Below, in pieces: positions 20,243 through 30,804 of a DNA stretch of 64,000 nt (positions are counted from its first letter, which is position 1; each line of letters starts with the position of its first letter). Under the pieces are notes generated by a model. That model did not search any database. It had not been told where the DNA came from and saw only the letters and a program-made list of their open reading frames with translations. The translations under genes were made by a program, and so were the position numbers. This stretch comes from an uncultured Gammaproteobacteria bacterium (lineage in GTDB: Bacteria; Pseudomonadota; Gammaproteobacteria; Steroidobacterales; Steroidobacteraceae), in contig CAWIDH010000031.1 of the NCBI GenBank assembly GCA_963834855.1, positions 42,779-106,778 on the forward strand, written 5' to 3'.

Positions 20243-21733
20243 TCAGACCCGCATCATCACCGATTTTGCTTCGGTGTAGATCATGAGCCCTTCCCTCCCA
20301 TGCTCTCGTCCCCAGCCGGACTGCTTCATGCCGCCGATCGGCATGCTGAGCTCCGGTATCCCGTGGCTGTTGACCCAGACGATACCGGCCTTGATCGCCG
20401 CCGCTGTGCGATGCGCGAGCGACAGGTCCCGCGTCCATACGCTCGCGGCGAGGCCATAGATCGAGTCATTCGCGTGGCGAACTGCCTGGTCGACATCGTC
20501 GAACGGCATCACCGTGACGACCGGACCGAAGATCTCTTCCTGCAGGACGGGCACACCGCCGTGCTCGCAGGCCATTACCGTCGCCGGATAGAAGAACCCC
20601 GCCCCGGCCGGTGTTTCGCCGCCCGACAGGACACGCGCGCCGTCGGCGCGCCCGCGCTCGACGATGTCGTGGATGCCTTGCCGATGCGCCGCAGAGATGA
20701 GAGGGCCCAGCTGCGAATCGGCGTCGAGCCCGGGCCCAACCTTGAGCGTCGACGCCACCCGGGCCAGGCCGGCGCAGACCGCCTCGTGGACGCGGCGCTG
20801 TGCATAGACACGCGAACCCGCGACGCACACCTGGCCAGCGTTGGCGAAGATCGCCGCGGCTGCCGCGGGTATCGCCTCGTCGAGGTCCGCGTCCGCGAAG
20901 ATGATCGTGGGCGACTTGCCACCCAGCTCGAGCGACAGGCGCTTCAGGTTGCCCTGTGCGGCGGCGAGCAACTGTTTGCCGACGGCTGTCGAACCGGTGA
21001 ACGCGATCTTGTCCACGTCGGGGTGCTCCGCAAGCAGTCGTCCGAGCGTCCGCCCGCTGCCAGTCACGATGTTGACGGTTCCCGGCGGGATGCCGGCTTC
21101 GAGCAGCTTTTCGCCCAGCAGCAGCACCGACAGCGTCGATAATTCCGCGGGTTTCAGCACGACCGAGCAACCTGCGGCGAGCGCGGGCGCCAGCTTCCAT
21201 GCCGCGGCCACCAGCGCGCCGTTCCACGGGATGATCTGGCCCACGACGCCGACCGGCTCGTGCCGAACGTAGCCGTGAAAATCGAGACCCGGCACCGATG
21301 CATCGAAAAGATGGCCGTCCAGTTTCGTGCACCAGCCGGCGTAGTAGCGGAACGTCTCGGCCGCGTGCGGCACCTCGTGCTCGAGCGCCGATGTGTACAG
21401 CTTGCCGCCGTCGAGGCATTCCAGCTCGGCAAACTGCACGGCTGCCCCATCGATCAGCTCCGCCACCCGCCAGAGCAGCTGCTGGCGGCGCGCCGGGGTC
21501 AACCGGCGCCAGCGACCGTCGTCAAAGCTCCTTCGGGCCGCGGCGACGGCATCATGCAGGTCCGAATCGCGGCCGGCCTGGAAGCTGCCGACGGCCTCCC
21601 CGCTGGCGGGATCGATGACGGGCGTGTGGTTCGCATCGCCCGTGTGGATCCATCGCTCTCCGATCAGAAACGGCCGTGGGCTCGCAAGGTAGTCGCGCGT
21701 GGACTTCGAGACCGGATGCAGCTTGGCCATCAA
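20243..21733 (-). CDS. NAD(P)-dependent aldehyde dehydrogenase
   Basis: 496 aa. IPWNGALVAAAWK, FTGSTAVG, ELGGKSP, NAGQVCVAGSR. Confidence 0.92.
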   Translation of the reverse strand: MMAKLHPVSKSTRDYLASPRPFLIGERWIHTGDANHTPVIDPASGEAVGSFQAGRDSDLHDAVAAARRSFDDGRWRRLTPARRQQLLWRVAELIDGAAVQFAELECLDGGKLYTSALEHEVPHAAETFRYYAGWCTKLDGHLFDASVPGLDFHGYVRHEPVGVVGQIIPWNGALVAAAWKLAPALAAGCSVVLKPAELSTLSVLLLGEKLLEAGIPPGTVNIVTGSGRTLGRLLAEHPDVDKIAFTGSTAVGKQLLAAAQGNLKRLSLELGGKSPTIIFADADLDEAIPAAAAAIFANAGQVCVAGSRVYAQRRVHEAVCAGLARVASTLKVGPGLDADSQLGPLISAAHRQGIHDIVERGRADGARVLSGGETPAGAGFFYPATVMACEHGGVPVLQEEIFGPVVTVMPFDDVDQAVRHANDSIYGLAASVWTRDLSLAHRTAAAIKAGIVWVNSHGIPELSMPIGGMKQSGWGREHGREGLMIYTEAKSVMMRV

Positions 21734-21754
21734 CGAATGCTGCGCGCTCTGCGC

Positions 21755-22882
21755 TCAAACTGCCATGTATTCGGCCAGTACCCGCAGTACGGCGTCGTTC
21801 TCGTGATTGAGGCCCACGGTGATGCGCAGGCAATCGGGGGGGCCGCCGGCCCCGACAGGCCGCGGGATGATGCCGTTGCGCTCGAGCGCGGCTGCCGCGC
21901 CCTCGGGCGTGTGGCTGCCGTCGACAAACCGCAGCAGGTAGAAGTTGGCGAAGCTCGGCACGAACTCGATGCCGGTGCCGAGCTTACTTACCGCGCTTTC
22001 GATGCGCTGCAGCTCCCGGTTGTTGTAATCGCGAACCGACTGACTGTAGCGCACGTCGCGCACCGCGGCCGCCGCGGCCGCCATCGCGGCAGCCGACGCA
22101 CTGAACGGCGTGCGGATGCGCGTAACCGCGTCGACGATGTTGGGCGGCCCGTACATCCAGCCGATTCGCAGCCCGGCAAGGCCATACAGCTTGGAAAACG
22201 TCCGGGTCATCACGGTGTTCGAGCCGGCCTCGACCAGCGACCGGCCGGACTCGAAATCCTCCGCGACGACGTAGTCGGCGTACGCGGCATCGATGATCAA
22301 CACGGTATCGGCGGGGAGGTCGCGCCGCAGTCGCCACAACTCGTCGCTCGGCATGTATTGCCCGACCGGATTGTTCGGTGACGCGATGATCACGATGCGG
22401 GTTCCGGGCGTCACGGCCGCAAGCAGGCTGTCGGTGTCCGGCCGGAGCTGCGGCTCCTCGGCGTGGATGAGCCGCGCGCCCTGCGCCGTGGCGTGCACGT
22501 ACGCCATCGCAAAGGAGTTGCGGCTCAGGACGACGTCGTCGCCGGGACGCACGTACGCGCGGATGAGAAGCTGCAGCAGCTCGTCCGAGCCGTTGCCGCA
22601 GACGATGCCCTGGACGGGCAGACCGAACGTCTCCGCGATCGCGCGTCGCAGCTCGACCTGCGCGCCGTCGGGATAGCGGAACAGCTCGGTGGCGCAGCGC
22701 CGGTACGCCTCCGCGGCAGCGGGCGACGGACCATGGTGCGATTCGTTGGCTGACAGCTTGATCGGGTTCATTAGACCGGGAATCTCACTCTTGCCCTGCC
22801 GGAACGGCACGAGACCGTGCAGCCCGGGATTCGGCTCCGGCACCGGCCCCGCCGCGCTGCTCCGCTCGCGTTGCACGATCAT
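21755..22882 (-). CDS. class I/II PLP aminotransferase (histidinol-phosphate/aromatic type)
   Basis: ATG at 22882 (MIVQRERS...) overlaps the upstream stop as ATGA. KLSANE, NPNNPVG-like ASPNNPVG, and the PLP-Lys context RTFSKLYGLAGLRIG. Confidence 0.85.
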   Translation of the reverse strand: MIVQRERSSAAGPVPEPNPGLHGLVPFRQGKSEIPGLMNPIKLSANESHHGPSPAAAEAYRRCATELFRYPDGAQVELRRAIAETFGLPVQGIVCGNGSDELLQLLIRAYVRPGDDVVLSRNSFAMAYVHATAQGARLIHAEEPQLRPDTDSLLAAVTPGTRIVIIASPNNPVGQYMPSDELWRLRRDLPADTVLIIDAAYADYVVAEDFESGRSLVEAGSNTVMTRTFSKLYGLAGLRIGWMYGPPNIVDAVTRIRTPFSASAAAMAAAAAAVRDVRYSQSVRDYNNRELQRIESAVSKLGTGIEFVPSFANFYLLRFVDGSHTPEGAAAALERNGIIPRPVGAGGPPDCLRITVGLNHENDAVLRVLAEYMAV

Positions 22883-24507
22883 GCGGCGCCATGCACGGGC
22901 GGCTTGATGATGAATGGCCACGGACTTGCCATGTCGCCGCACGGCACCTCGATGAGCACTGGTGCGTCGAGGTCGAGCGCCGAGCGGATCTCGCGCTCCA
23001 GCGCCTCCGGTCCGTCGACGCGCAGGCCGCGGACGCCGAAACTCTGCGCGTACTTCACGAAATCCGGGTTGCGCAGGTCGGAGCCGATCACGCGGCCGCC
23101 AAACCATTCCTTCTGCTGACGCTGGACGTTCTGGAACTTCCCGTTGTTGAACAGCACCGTAACCAGCGCGATGTTGTACTGCGCCGCGGTTGCCATTTCG
23201 TTCGATGTGAACAGGAACCCGCCGTCGCCGGCGATGTTCACGACTGGCTTGCCAGGATTCGCGACCTTGACGCCGAGCGCCGTCGCGTAACCGTAGCCGA
23301 GCGTGCCCTGGTACCCGCAGGTCACGAGGCGGCGCGGCTCGTAGACGGGGAACCCGTACCACGACGCGTAGCCCACCTGCGTGATCTCGTCGACGAAGAA
23401 CCCGTCCTCGGGCAGGGCGCGGCGAATGGCTTCGAGGTATCCGAGCTGAGGTTGCACGGCGCGGATCTCGCCTCCGACCCTTGCCTTGAGGTCGGTGAGC
23501 TCCTGCTCGCGCGATGCGCGCCGCGTCGACCGGCCGAGCGCCGCGGTCAGGGCGACGACGGCGGCCTTCGCATCGCCGTGGATCGCGACGGCCGGCGACT
23601 CGATCCGGTCGAACTCATCCGCATCGATGTCTACGCGGATGACCTTCATGCCGGGCGTCGTCTTCCAGTGCAGCAGCTGCTGCTCCATGCGGGTGCCGAT
23701 GCCGAGCGCGACGTCCGCGGTCTTCCATAGCTCGTACCCGGCCGGCAGGACCTGCGACAGGTAGTGCCTGTCCGAGATCACACCCCGACCGCTGCGGAAT
23801 GACACGACCGGTGCCTGCAGCAGGGTCGCCAGCTCGAGCAGCTCCGCGGATGCGTCGACGGCTCCGCCGCCGACCACGATCATCGGCCGGACGGCTCCTG
23901 CCAGAATCCCGGCAGCAGCCTCGACCTGGTTGGCATCGATCGCGGGTGGCGCGTGCATGCGCGCACTATCGAGCAGGGTGACGTCGGCCCTGGTGCCCAT
24001 GGTGTCCATCGGCATCTCGATCGACACCGGCCCGCGACGCCCGCTGCCGAGCCGTGTGAACGCCTCGTTGACGACGGCCGGCGCATCCTCGGGGCGCATG
24101 ATCCGCTCGGCCCAGCGTGTCAGCGATCGCATCGTCGCGAGCTGATCGGGCAGTTCGTGCAGGAAACCGATGCCGCGCCCGATGGCGGCGCTCGGTATCT
24201 GCCCGGCCAGGCAAAGCACCGGCGTGTTAGTTGCGTACGCGGTCGAGAGCGCCGCCGTCGTATTGAGCACTCCGGGTCCAGGCACGACCGCGTATACGCC
24301 CGGCCTGCCCGTAGAGCGCGCGTAGCCGAGCGCCATGTAAGCAGCCCCCTGCTCATGTCGGGAGCCGACGAATCGCACGCGCGCCGAGTCGCGATACATG
24401 GAATCGAAGAAGTGGTCGAGCTGCCCGCCGGGCAGCCCGAAGATCATTTCGACGCCGTTTGACAGCATCTGCTGCAGGAGTGCGTCGGCTCCACTCATCA
24501 AGGCCAT
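22879..24507 (-). CDS. thiamine-diphosphate enzyme (acetolactate-synthase/2-oxoacid-decarboxylase family)
   Basis: 542 aa. N-terminal PYR domain (IFGLPGGQLDHFF ... RHEQGAAYMALGYAR) and C-terminal TPP motif IAGDGGFLFTSNE. Confidence 0.88.
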   Translation of the reverse strand: MALMSGADALLQQMLSNGVEMIFGLPGGQLDHFFDSMYRDSARVRFVGSRHEQGAAYMALGYARSTGRPGVYAVVPGPGVLNTTAALSTAYATNTPVLCLAGQIPSAAIGRGIGFLHELPDQLATMRSLTRWAERIMRPEDAPAVVNEAFTRLGSGRRGPVSIEMPMDTMGTRADVTLLDSARMHAPPAIDANQVEAAAGILAGAVRPMIVVGGGAVDASAELLELATLLQAPVVSFRSGRGVISDRHYLSQVLPAGYELWKTADVALGIGTRMEQQLLHWKTTPGMKVIRVDIDADEFDRIESPAVAIHGDAKAAVVALTAALGRSTRRASREQELTDLKARVGGEIRAVQPQLGYLEAIRRALPEDGFFVDEITQVGYASWYGFPVYEPRRLVTCGYQGTLGYGYATALGVKVANPGKPVVNIAGDGGFLFTSNEMATAAQYNIALVTVLFNNGKFQNVQRQQKEWFGGRVIGSDLRNPDFVKYAQSFGVRGLRVDGPEALEREIRSALDLDAPVLIEVPCGDMASPWPFIIKPPVHGAA

Positions 24508-24714
24508 GAGTTCATCACCTGTCGCCGGCAGTACGCATTAGCGCGCGGCCCCCAGCAACAGGCAATTCACCAATTTTCATCGCATCATTAGCAGGCCTTA
24601 TTCAGCATCGGGCCGCGGCATGCGGCGCCGCACGACGAGCGCGATTACGACGCCCATGACATTTTCTAATCGGGCTGATTACCGGGACGCGATTGTCGGC
24701 GCGGACGGGCGCGC

Positions 24715-25671
24715 CTAAGCTGACCCAGACGGACTCGAGCGCCCGGTCGCGCCGGCGATGGCGTCCTGGGCAACCTGCGACTGCCCGCCCTCTTCGATCA
24801 GCCAGTCACGAAACGCCATCACTACAGGGTCATCCGCCGAGCCGTGCGAACACACCGCGTAGTAGGCGAACGAGCACGGCAGCGACAGCTCGAAAGGCTT
24901 GATCAATTCGCCACGCTCGATGGCGTCGGTGACCAGCGCGCTGCGACCGAGCGCAACACCGTCGCCATTGATCGCCGCGGCGGTCACGAGATGCGAGTGA
25001 TTGAAGCCGGGTCCGCTCGCGACGTCGACACCGGTCGCTCCCGCCGCCTCGATCCACGTGCGCCAGTCGACGGTCAGCACGTCGTGCAGCAGGGTGTGGT
25101 GCCTCAGGTCATCGGGCGTGCGGAGTGGCCGGTCCCCGGTAACGATGCGCGGGCTGCACACCGGATAGATGACTTCGGTCATGAATCGCACGACCTGAAG
25201 TCCCGGCCAGTCGCCCTCGCCGTAGCGCAGGTCTATGTCGACTTCGCCCATGGCAAGCGCATCGTCGTCGAGATCGGCGGCGAGAATGCGCACGTCGATA
25301 CCGGGATTCCGGCTGAGGAACCGCCGCAGCCGCGGCAGCAGCCACAGCAGGCCGAAGGAATCGAGCGTCGCGACGTTCAGCACGCGCTGGCGGCGCTTGT
25401 CCATGACGGCACTGGTCGCGCTGCGGATCGACTCCAGAGCTCCGTTGATGCGCGGCAGGTACGAGCGCCCGGCATCGGTCAGCGCGAGACCTCTGCCACG
25501 CCCCACGCGATGAAACAGCGGCACGCCGAGCCACTCTTCGAGCGCCTTGATCTGGTGGCTCACTGCGGCCTGCGTCACATGCAGCGAATCGGCCGCCCGT
25601 GTGAAGCTCAGGTGACGCGCAGCCGCCTCGAATACGACCAGGGCATTGAGCGGTGGCAGTCGCGTTGCCAT
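24715..25671 (-). CDS. LysR-family transcriptional regulator (GcvA-like)
   Basis: wHTH region LNALVVFEAAARHLSFTRAADSLHVTQAAVSHQIKALEEWLG. Divergent from manD, and co-directional with and upstream of the TPP-enzyme operon. Confidence 0.9.
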   Translation of the reverse strand: MATRLPPLNALVVFEAAARHLSFTRAADSLHVTQAAVSHQIKALEEWLGVPLFHRVGRGRGLALTDAGRSYLPRINGALESIRSATSAVMDKRRQRVLNVATLDSFGLLWLLPRLRRFLSRNPGIDVRILAADLDDDALAMGEVDIDLRYGEGDWPGLQVVRFMTEVIYPVCSPRIVTGDRPLRTPDDLRHHTLLHDVLTVDWRTWIEAAGATGVDVASGPGFNHSHLVTAAAINGDGVALGRSALVTDAIERGELIKPFELSLPCSFAYYAVCSHGSADDPVVMAFRDWLIEEGGQSQVAQDAIAGATGRSSPSGSA

Positions 25672-25778
25672 GGGCGATACTTGCGGCGGGGAACCCCGTT
25701 TGGTGTCGCAAACTATAACAGGGGCGGCCCGCGGACAGGTGTCGCCATGCCTGCGGCGAATTCCAGGAGTCCGCTGCC

Positions 25779-26987
25779 ATGAAGATCGCTGACGCCCGCG
25801 TGATCGTCACCTGTCCAGGCAGGAATTTCGTGACGCTCAAGATCGTGACCGACGACGGGCGACACGGCATCGGTGACGCGACGCTGAACGGCCGGGAGCT
25901 CGCCGTCGCCGCATACCTGGGCGAGCACGTGATCCCGTGCCTGCTCGGTCGTGACGCGCACCAGGTCGAGGATATCTGGCAGTTTCTCTACCGCGGGGCG
26001 TACTGGCGGCGCGGACCGGTGACCATGGCGGCCATCGCTGCGGTCGATACCGCACTGTGGGACCTGAAGGCCAAGGCGGCCGGCCTGCCGCTGTACCAGC
26101 TGCTTGGCGGCAGGAGCCGGTCGGGCGTGCTGGTTTACGGCCATGCGAACGGCCGCGACATCGCCGAGACGGCTGACGAAGTCGCGCGCTACATCGACCT
26201 CGGCTATCGCGCCATACGCGCGCAATCGGGCGTGCCGGGTCTCGCCTCAACCTATGGCGTGTCCGGCGACAAGATGTTCTACGAGCCCGCCGACGCGAAC
26301 CTGCCGAGCGAGAACGTCTGGTCCACCGAGAAATACCTCGCGCACGTTCCGAAGCTGTTCGAAGCGCTGCGCGCGCGGTTCGGCGCGGAGCCACACCTGC
26401 TGCACGACGTGCACCACCGGCTGACGCCGATCGAGGCCGCACGGCTGGGCAAGGCACTCGAGCCTTTCCACCTGTTCTGGATGGAGGATGCGACGCCGGC
26501 CGAGAACCAGGCGAACTTCCGCCTGATCCGCCAGCATACGGTGACGCCGCTCGCGGTGGGCGAGGTGTTCAACACGATCTGGGACTGCAAGCAGCTCGTG
26601 GAAGAACAGCTGATCGACTACATCCGCACCACCGTCGTGCACGCCGGCGGGATCACGCACCTGCGCCGCATCGCGGACTTCGCCGGCCTGTACAACGTGC
26701 GCATGGGCTGCCATGGCGCGACCGATCTGTCACCGGTCTGCATGGGCGCCTCCCTGCACCTGAACACCGCGATCCCCAACTTCGGCATCCAGGAATACAT
26801 GCGCCACACGGACGAGACGGATGCCGTGTTCCCGCACGACTATCGCTTCGACGCTGGCCGGCTGCACGCGGGCGAGACGCCCGGACACGGCGTGGACATC
26901 GACGAGAAGCTCGCGGCGCGCTACCCGTATCGACGTGCCTACCTGCCGGTCAACCGTCTCGAGGACGGCACGCTCTGGCACTGGTGA
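25779..26987 (+). CDS. manD: D-mannonate dehydratase, enolase-superfamily ManD type
   Basis: [47 protein letters not shown] ... [27 protein letters not shown]. 402 aa. Confidence 0.88.
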   Translation: MKIADARVIVTCPGRNFVTLKIVTDDGRHGIGDATLNGRELAVAAYLGEHVIPCLLGRDAHQVEDIWQFLYRGAYWRRGPVTMAAIAAVDTALWDLKAKAAGLPLYQLLGGRSRSGVLVYGHANGRDIAETADEVARYIDLGYRAIRAQSGVPGLASTYGVSGDKMFYEPADANLPSENVWSTEKYLAHVPKLFEALRARFGAEPHLLHDVHHRLTPIEAARLGKALEPFHLFWMEDATPAENQANFRLIRQHTVTPLAVGEVFNTIWDCKQLVEEQLIDYIRTTVVHAGGITHLRRIADFAGLYNVRMGCHGATDLSPVCMGASLHLNTAIPNFGIQEYMRHTDETDAVFPHDYRFDAGRLHAGETPGHGVDIDEKLAARYPYRRAYLPVNRLEDGTLWHW

Positions 26988-27008
26988 CGGCCGGGGCGTC
27001 CCCCCAGG

Positions 27009-27042
27009 AAAAAGCCGCCCCGTCAGGGGGAGACGGGGCGGC
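27009..27042 (-). terminator. rho-independent terminator for the minus-strand TonB receptor (also a hairpin after manD)
   Basis: GCCGCCCCGTC-AGGGGGA-GACGGGGCGGC, a perfect 11-bp stem. On the minus strand it is followed by TTTTTCC. Confidence 0.7.
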
Positions 27043-27080
27043 TCCGGCGCGAGCGATCGCCGCGCCGGCCTGGGAGGTTC

Positions 27081-29502
27081 CTAGAACCGGAAACCGAGCT
27101 GGGCGCCGTATGTCCGCGGATGCGGCCGCAGGCGGATGCCGCTCAGCCCGAAGTTCTCCTGCGTGCCGGTGTAGTACTCCTCGTCGGCCACGTTCGCCAC
27201 GTACAGCGTGATCGACGCATGTTCCCACTGGAACCCGCCACGCAGGTTGAATACGTCGAACGACGGCACCTTGTACGGGAACTCGTCGTTGCCGACGACC
27301 CGGACCAGATTGAAGGGCCCGTCCGGATTATTGAGGCCATTCGGCGAAGGGCCGCGGGTCTGCAGGTTGGTCAGCGCCTCGATGTCCGAGTACTGGCTGT
27401 CGCGATGGATGTACTCCGCGCGCAACCAGGCCTCGTTCGTGCCGATGTCCCAGCGGTATTCGCCGAACAGCGTTGGCCGTGAGCTCGGGCGCCTTGGGCA
27501 TCTCGAGTCCGACCGCGGTGACGTTGAACCCGCCGGTGATCTGGATGCACGTCCCTAGAGCGGGGTTGGCGTCGCACGGCGGCTCGTCCGTGATCTCGGT
27601 ATCGAGATAGCCAATCGAACCACCAAGGGTGAAATTGTCGGTCACCGCCGCGAGCAGCTCGACCTCGGCGCCGCTCGCTTCGGCATCGACGTTCACCGTC
27701 TGTTCGAAGTTCGACGACAGGTCCCCAGGCGTCAGGAACCGGAATGCCTCGACCTGCAGTCCTTCCCAATCCATGAAGAAGACGGACGCGTTCAGGCGGA
27801 CACGCCGATCGGCGAGCTCGGTCTTGATACCGAGCTCGTAGTTCCACAGCGTCTCCTCGTCGTATTCGACGTTGAACGTCGGGGATCCCGGGGCATTGGT
27901 GTTGTTGCCGGTGCTCGTGCCACCGGCCTTGTAGCCCTTCGAGATTGTCGCGTACACGCTGGCCGAGTCGCTCCATTCGTAGCGGATTCCGGCGCGCGGG
28001 GAGACGTCGTCGAAGGACGTGTCGCCGCTCGCCGGCGGACGCTCGAAGTTGATGAAGCTCGGGAAAAAGGCTGGGTCCGGCGGCCCGCAACCGCAGGACG
28101 GCGCGATGCCAAACGAGGTACGCGCGTTCAGCACGTCATCCTCCGTGTAGCGTGCACCGGCGATCAGGTCGAGGCTGTCGGTCACGTGCCAGGTCGCATC
28201 GGCGAACACCGCGAGGCTCTCGACCTCGAAGTTCTTGGTATTGCGCGCGAGCCCGAGCCCCTCGGGGAATGGCGGCAGGAAGCCGACGCCGTTGAACGTG
28301 GCGGTCGGGTCGCTCGACACCGCCACGTTGTTGAACTGCTCCTGCTGGTCCTCGGCGTAGAGCGCGCCGACTACCCAGTCGATTGAATCACCGGTCGATT
28401 CGAGCCGCGCCTCGATGCTCCAGGAGTCGCCCTCGTAGTCGTTGGTGCGCTTCAGTACGTCGAGGTTGCCGATCAGGTCGTTGTCGAACAGGCGCTTCTG
28501 GCTTGCGTCGATCAGCCCCGCGACCGCCTTGAACGTCAGACCGTCGGAAATCTCGTGCGTCAGATTCCCGATGGCGATCGTGGTCTCGAGCTCGTTCGAC
28601 TCATCGAGATCATGGCTCAGCTCGTTCTGGTTGTTCGGCCAGAACCCCGTGCCGGGATCGAAGCCGATTCCGGGCTGAAACCCAAAAGTATCAATCGTGT
28701 CGAGGTCGACGAAGCCCGAAGGCACGTTCTCGTCCGTGCCCTGGTCCTGGTCCGAGTAGATCACCGTGAATCCGAGCGACGTGGCGTCACCGAGCTCCCA
28801 GACCGCGCGCAAACGCAGGTCCAGCCACTCGTGACCGCTGTCGCCGGTTCCGGGACCGATGTTCTCGACCAGGCCGTCGCTGTCCTCGTAGAAGGCAACG
28901 GCGCGTACCTTGAACGCGTCGCTGAGCGGAGCGTTGAAGATGCCGGTGACGTTGTACATCTCACCGGCGTCCTCGTAGGACTCCATCCCGAGCACCACTT
29001 CGCCTTCGTACTCATCGGTCGGCGCGCGCGTCGTGATGTTGAGCGCGCCGCCGAGCGAGTTGCGACCGAAATAGGTGCCCTGCGGGCCGCGCAGGACCTC
29101 GACGCGCTCCATGTCGATCAGCATCGGGTTCGCCACACCGTTGGGAACCGACGCGATGCTGAACCCGTCGAGATAGTTGCCGACGGAATTTACGAAGGCG
29201 TTTTCGCCCGACACGAGGTTGTTGACACCGCGGATTGCGACGCCGATTCCGCGCGCGCCGGACTGCGCGTCCTCGGTGAAGCTCACGTTCGGTGTCTGTG
29301 CGAGGTAATCGACGGCACCGCGCACGTTGCCCTTTTCGAGCGTATCCGCCGAGAAGACACTGACGCTGATCGGGACCTCCTGCAGGTTCTGCTCGCGGCG
29401 CTGCGCGGTCACGATGATCTCCTCGAGGCCACCCGTGTCCTGGGCGAGTGCTCCGAGTGGTGCCGCGACGAGGCTCGCGGCAACTAGCGAGGACTTCTTC
29501 AT
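27081..29502 (-). pseudogene. TonB-dependent receptor, one frame break near 27470
   Basis: ATG at 29502 (MKKSSLVAASLVAAPLGALAQD, LEEIIVTAQRR). The body is in ORF 27328..29535. The C-terminal barrel end is in ORF 27081..27425 and finishes YGAQLGFRF. Confidence 0.88.
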
Positions 29503-29613
29503 TGGACCCCCCATGTTGTGGCGTCGAAACAGCACGATGGCGCGATAAGCCTTCGTGCCTGCGTGGCGGGCCGATTGGAAAACAGTTCGACGCCGCCGAA
29601 CAAGCTATCGTTT

Positions 29614-29697
29614 CTAATTCGTCACATGACCATAACTTATTGCCGTCGGCTGCCCCCCTGCAGCGACACTAATCCTGTCGATAAGAACATTTCATGC
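29614..29697 (+). promoter_or_regulatory. two conserved non-coding boxes upstream of the arm-A oxidoreductase operon
   Basis: Box1 is 29614..29644 (CTAATTCGTCACATGACCATAACTTATTGCC). Box2 is 29670..29697 (TAATCCTGTCGATAAGAACATTTCATGC). Both recur almost unchanged upstream of the arm-B copy, while the spacers differ. Confidence 0.55.
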
Positions 29698-29770
29698 GGC
29701 GCAACAGACGCGCGCGGCGCATGCTCTATCCTGATCCGCGTTTGAGAAACGATCAACCGAGGTTGCCAAC

Positions 29771-30804
29771 TTGCCGGAACGCGTGCGCTGGGGAATCCTG
29801 GGCACTGGTCGGATGGCCGCGACCATCGCTGCCGAGCTGGCGACGATGCGCGACGACGGACACGATCTCGTCGCCGTCGCTTCCCGGCAGCATGCAAGAG
29901 CGGTGGAGTTCGCAGCACGCCATCGGGTACCGCATGCACTGGGACAGTACGAGGAGCTGACGCGGGCACCTCAGAGTCGACGCCATCTACGTCGCCACAC
30001 CCCACAGCCTGCACGCCGCGAACATGCGCGCCTGCCTCGCCGGTGGCATCGCCGTGCTGTGCGAGAAGCCGTTCACGCTCAACGCCGGGCAGGCGTTGGA
30101 GGTGATCGCGGAAGCACGACGCAAGCGCCTCTTCGTGATGGAGGCGATGTGGACGCGTTTCCTGCCCGCGATAGACGCGCTCCGTGGGCTGCTCGCCGGG
30201 GACGCGATCGGACGTGTGCGCCTGGTGGTCGGCGGCGGCGCCTTCATTCCCGGACCGCACGGCCGGCAACTACCTGTTCGACAAGTCGCTCGGCGGCGGC
30301 GTCTTGCTCGACGCCGGTGTCTACCTGGTGTCGATGGCCTCGATGATCCTGGGCACACCGGTCCAGGTTCGGGCGGCAGCAAGCCGCGGCGACACCGGCA
30401 TCGACGAGCAGACCACGATGCTGCTCGAACATGCTGACGCCTCGTCAGCCGTGCTCTATGTATCGTTGCGGGCGCGGCGATCGCCGGACCTCGAGATCCT
30501 GGGTGAACGGGGCCGGATCCGGATCGAGGCGCCCGTCTTCAGACCCGCGGCGCTGACGGTCTGGGATGAGGCCGGCAACCCGACGACACGCCAGTACCCG
30601 GTGGCAGGCAGCGGCCACGCATACCAGCTGCGCGAAGTGGCCGCGGCGCTCCGCACCGGTCGTCACGAAAGCCCGATCATGCCGCTCGATGAGACGCTCT
30701 CGATCATGCGCACGATGGATGCGGTGCGTGAGCAGATCGGGGTGCGGTATCCCGACGACGACGCGCCGCCTGCCTGGAGGACCACGTCATGTCCATCGTG
30801 TTGA
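29771..30804 (+). pseudogene. Gfo/Idh/MocA-family oxidoreductase (arm A), two frame breaks near 29960 and 30250
   Basis: Three pieces in frames 29771.., 30024..30437 and 30184..30804. Together they align collinearly with the intact paralog at 61883..62920 (RVRWGILGTGRMAATIA; VLCEKPFTLNAGQA; GGGVLLDAGVYLVSMASMILG). Confidence 0.85.
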
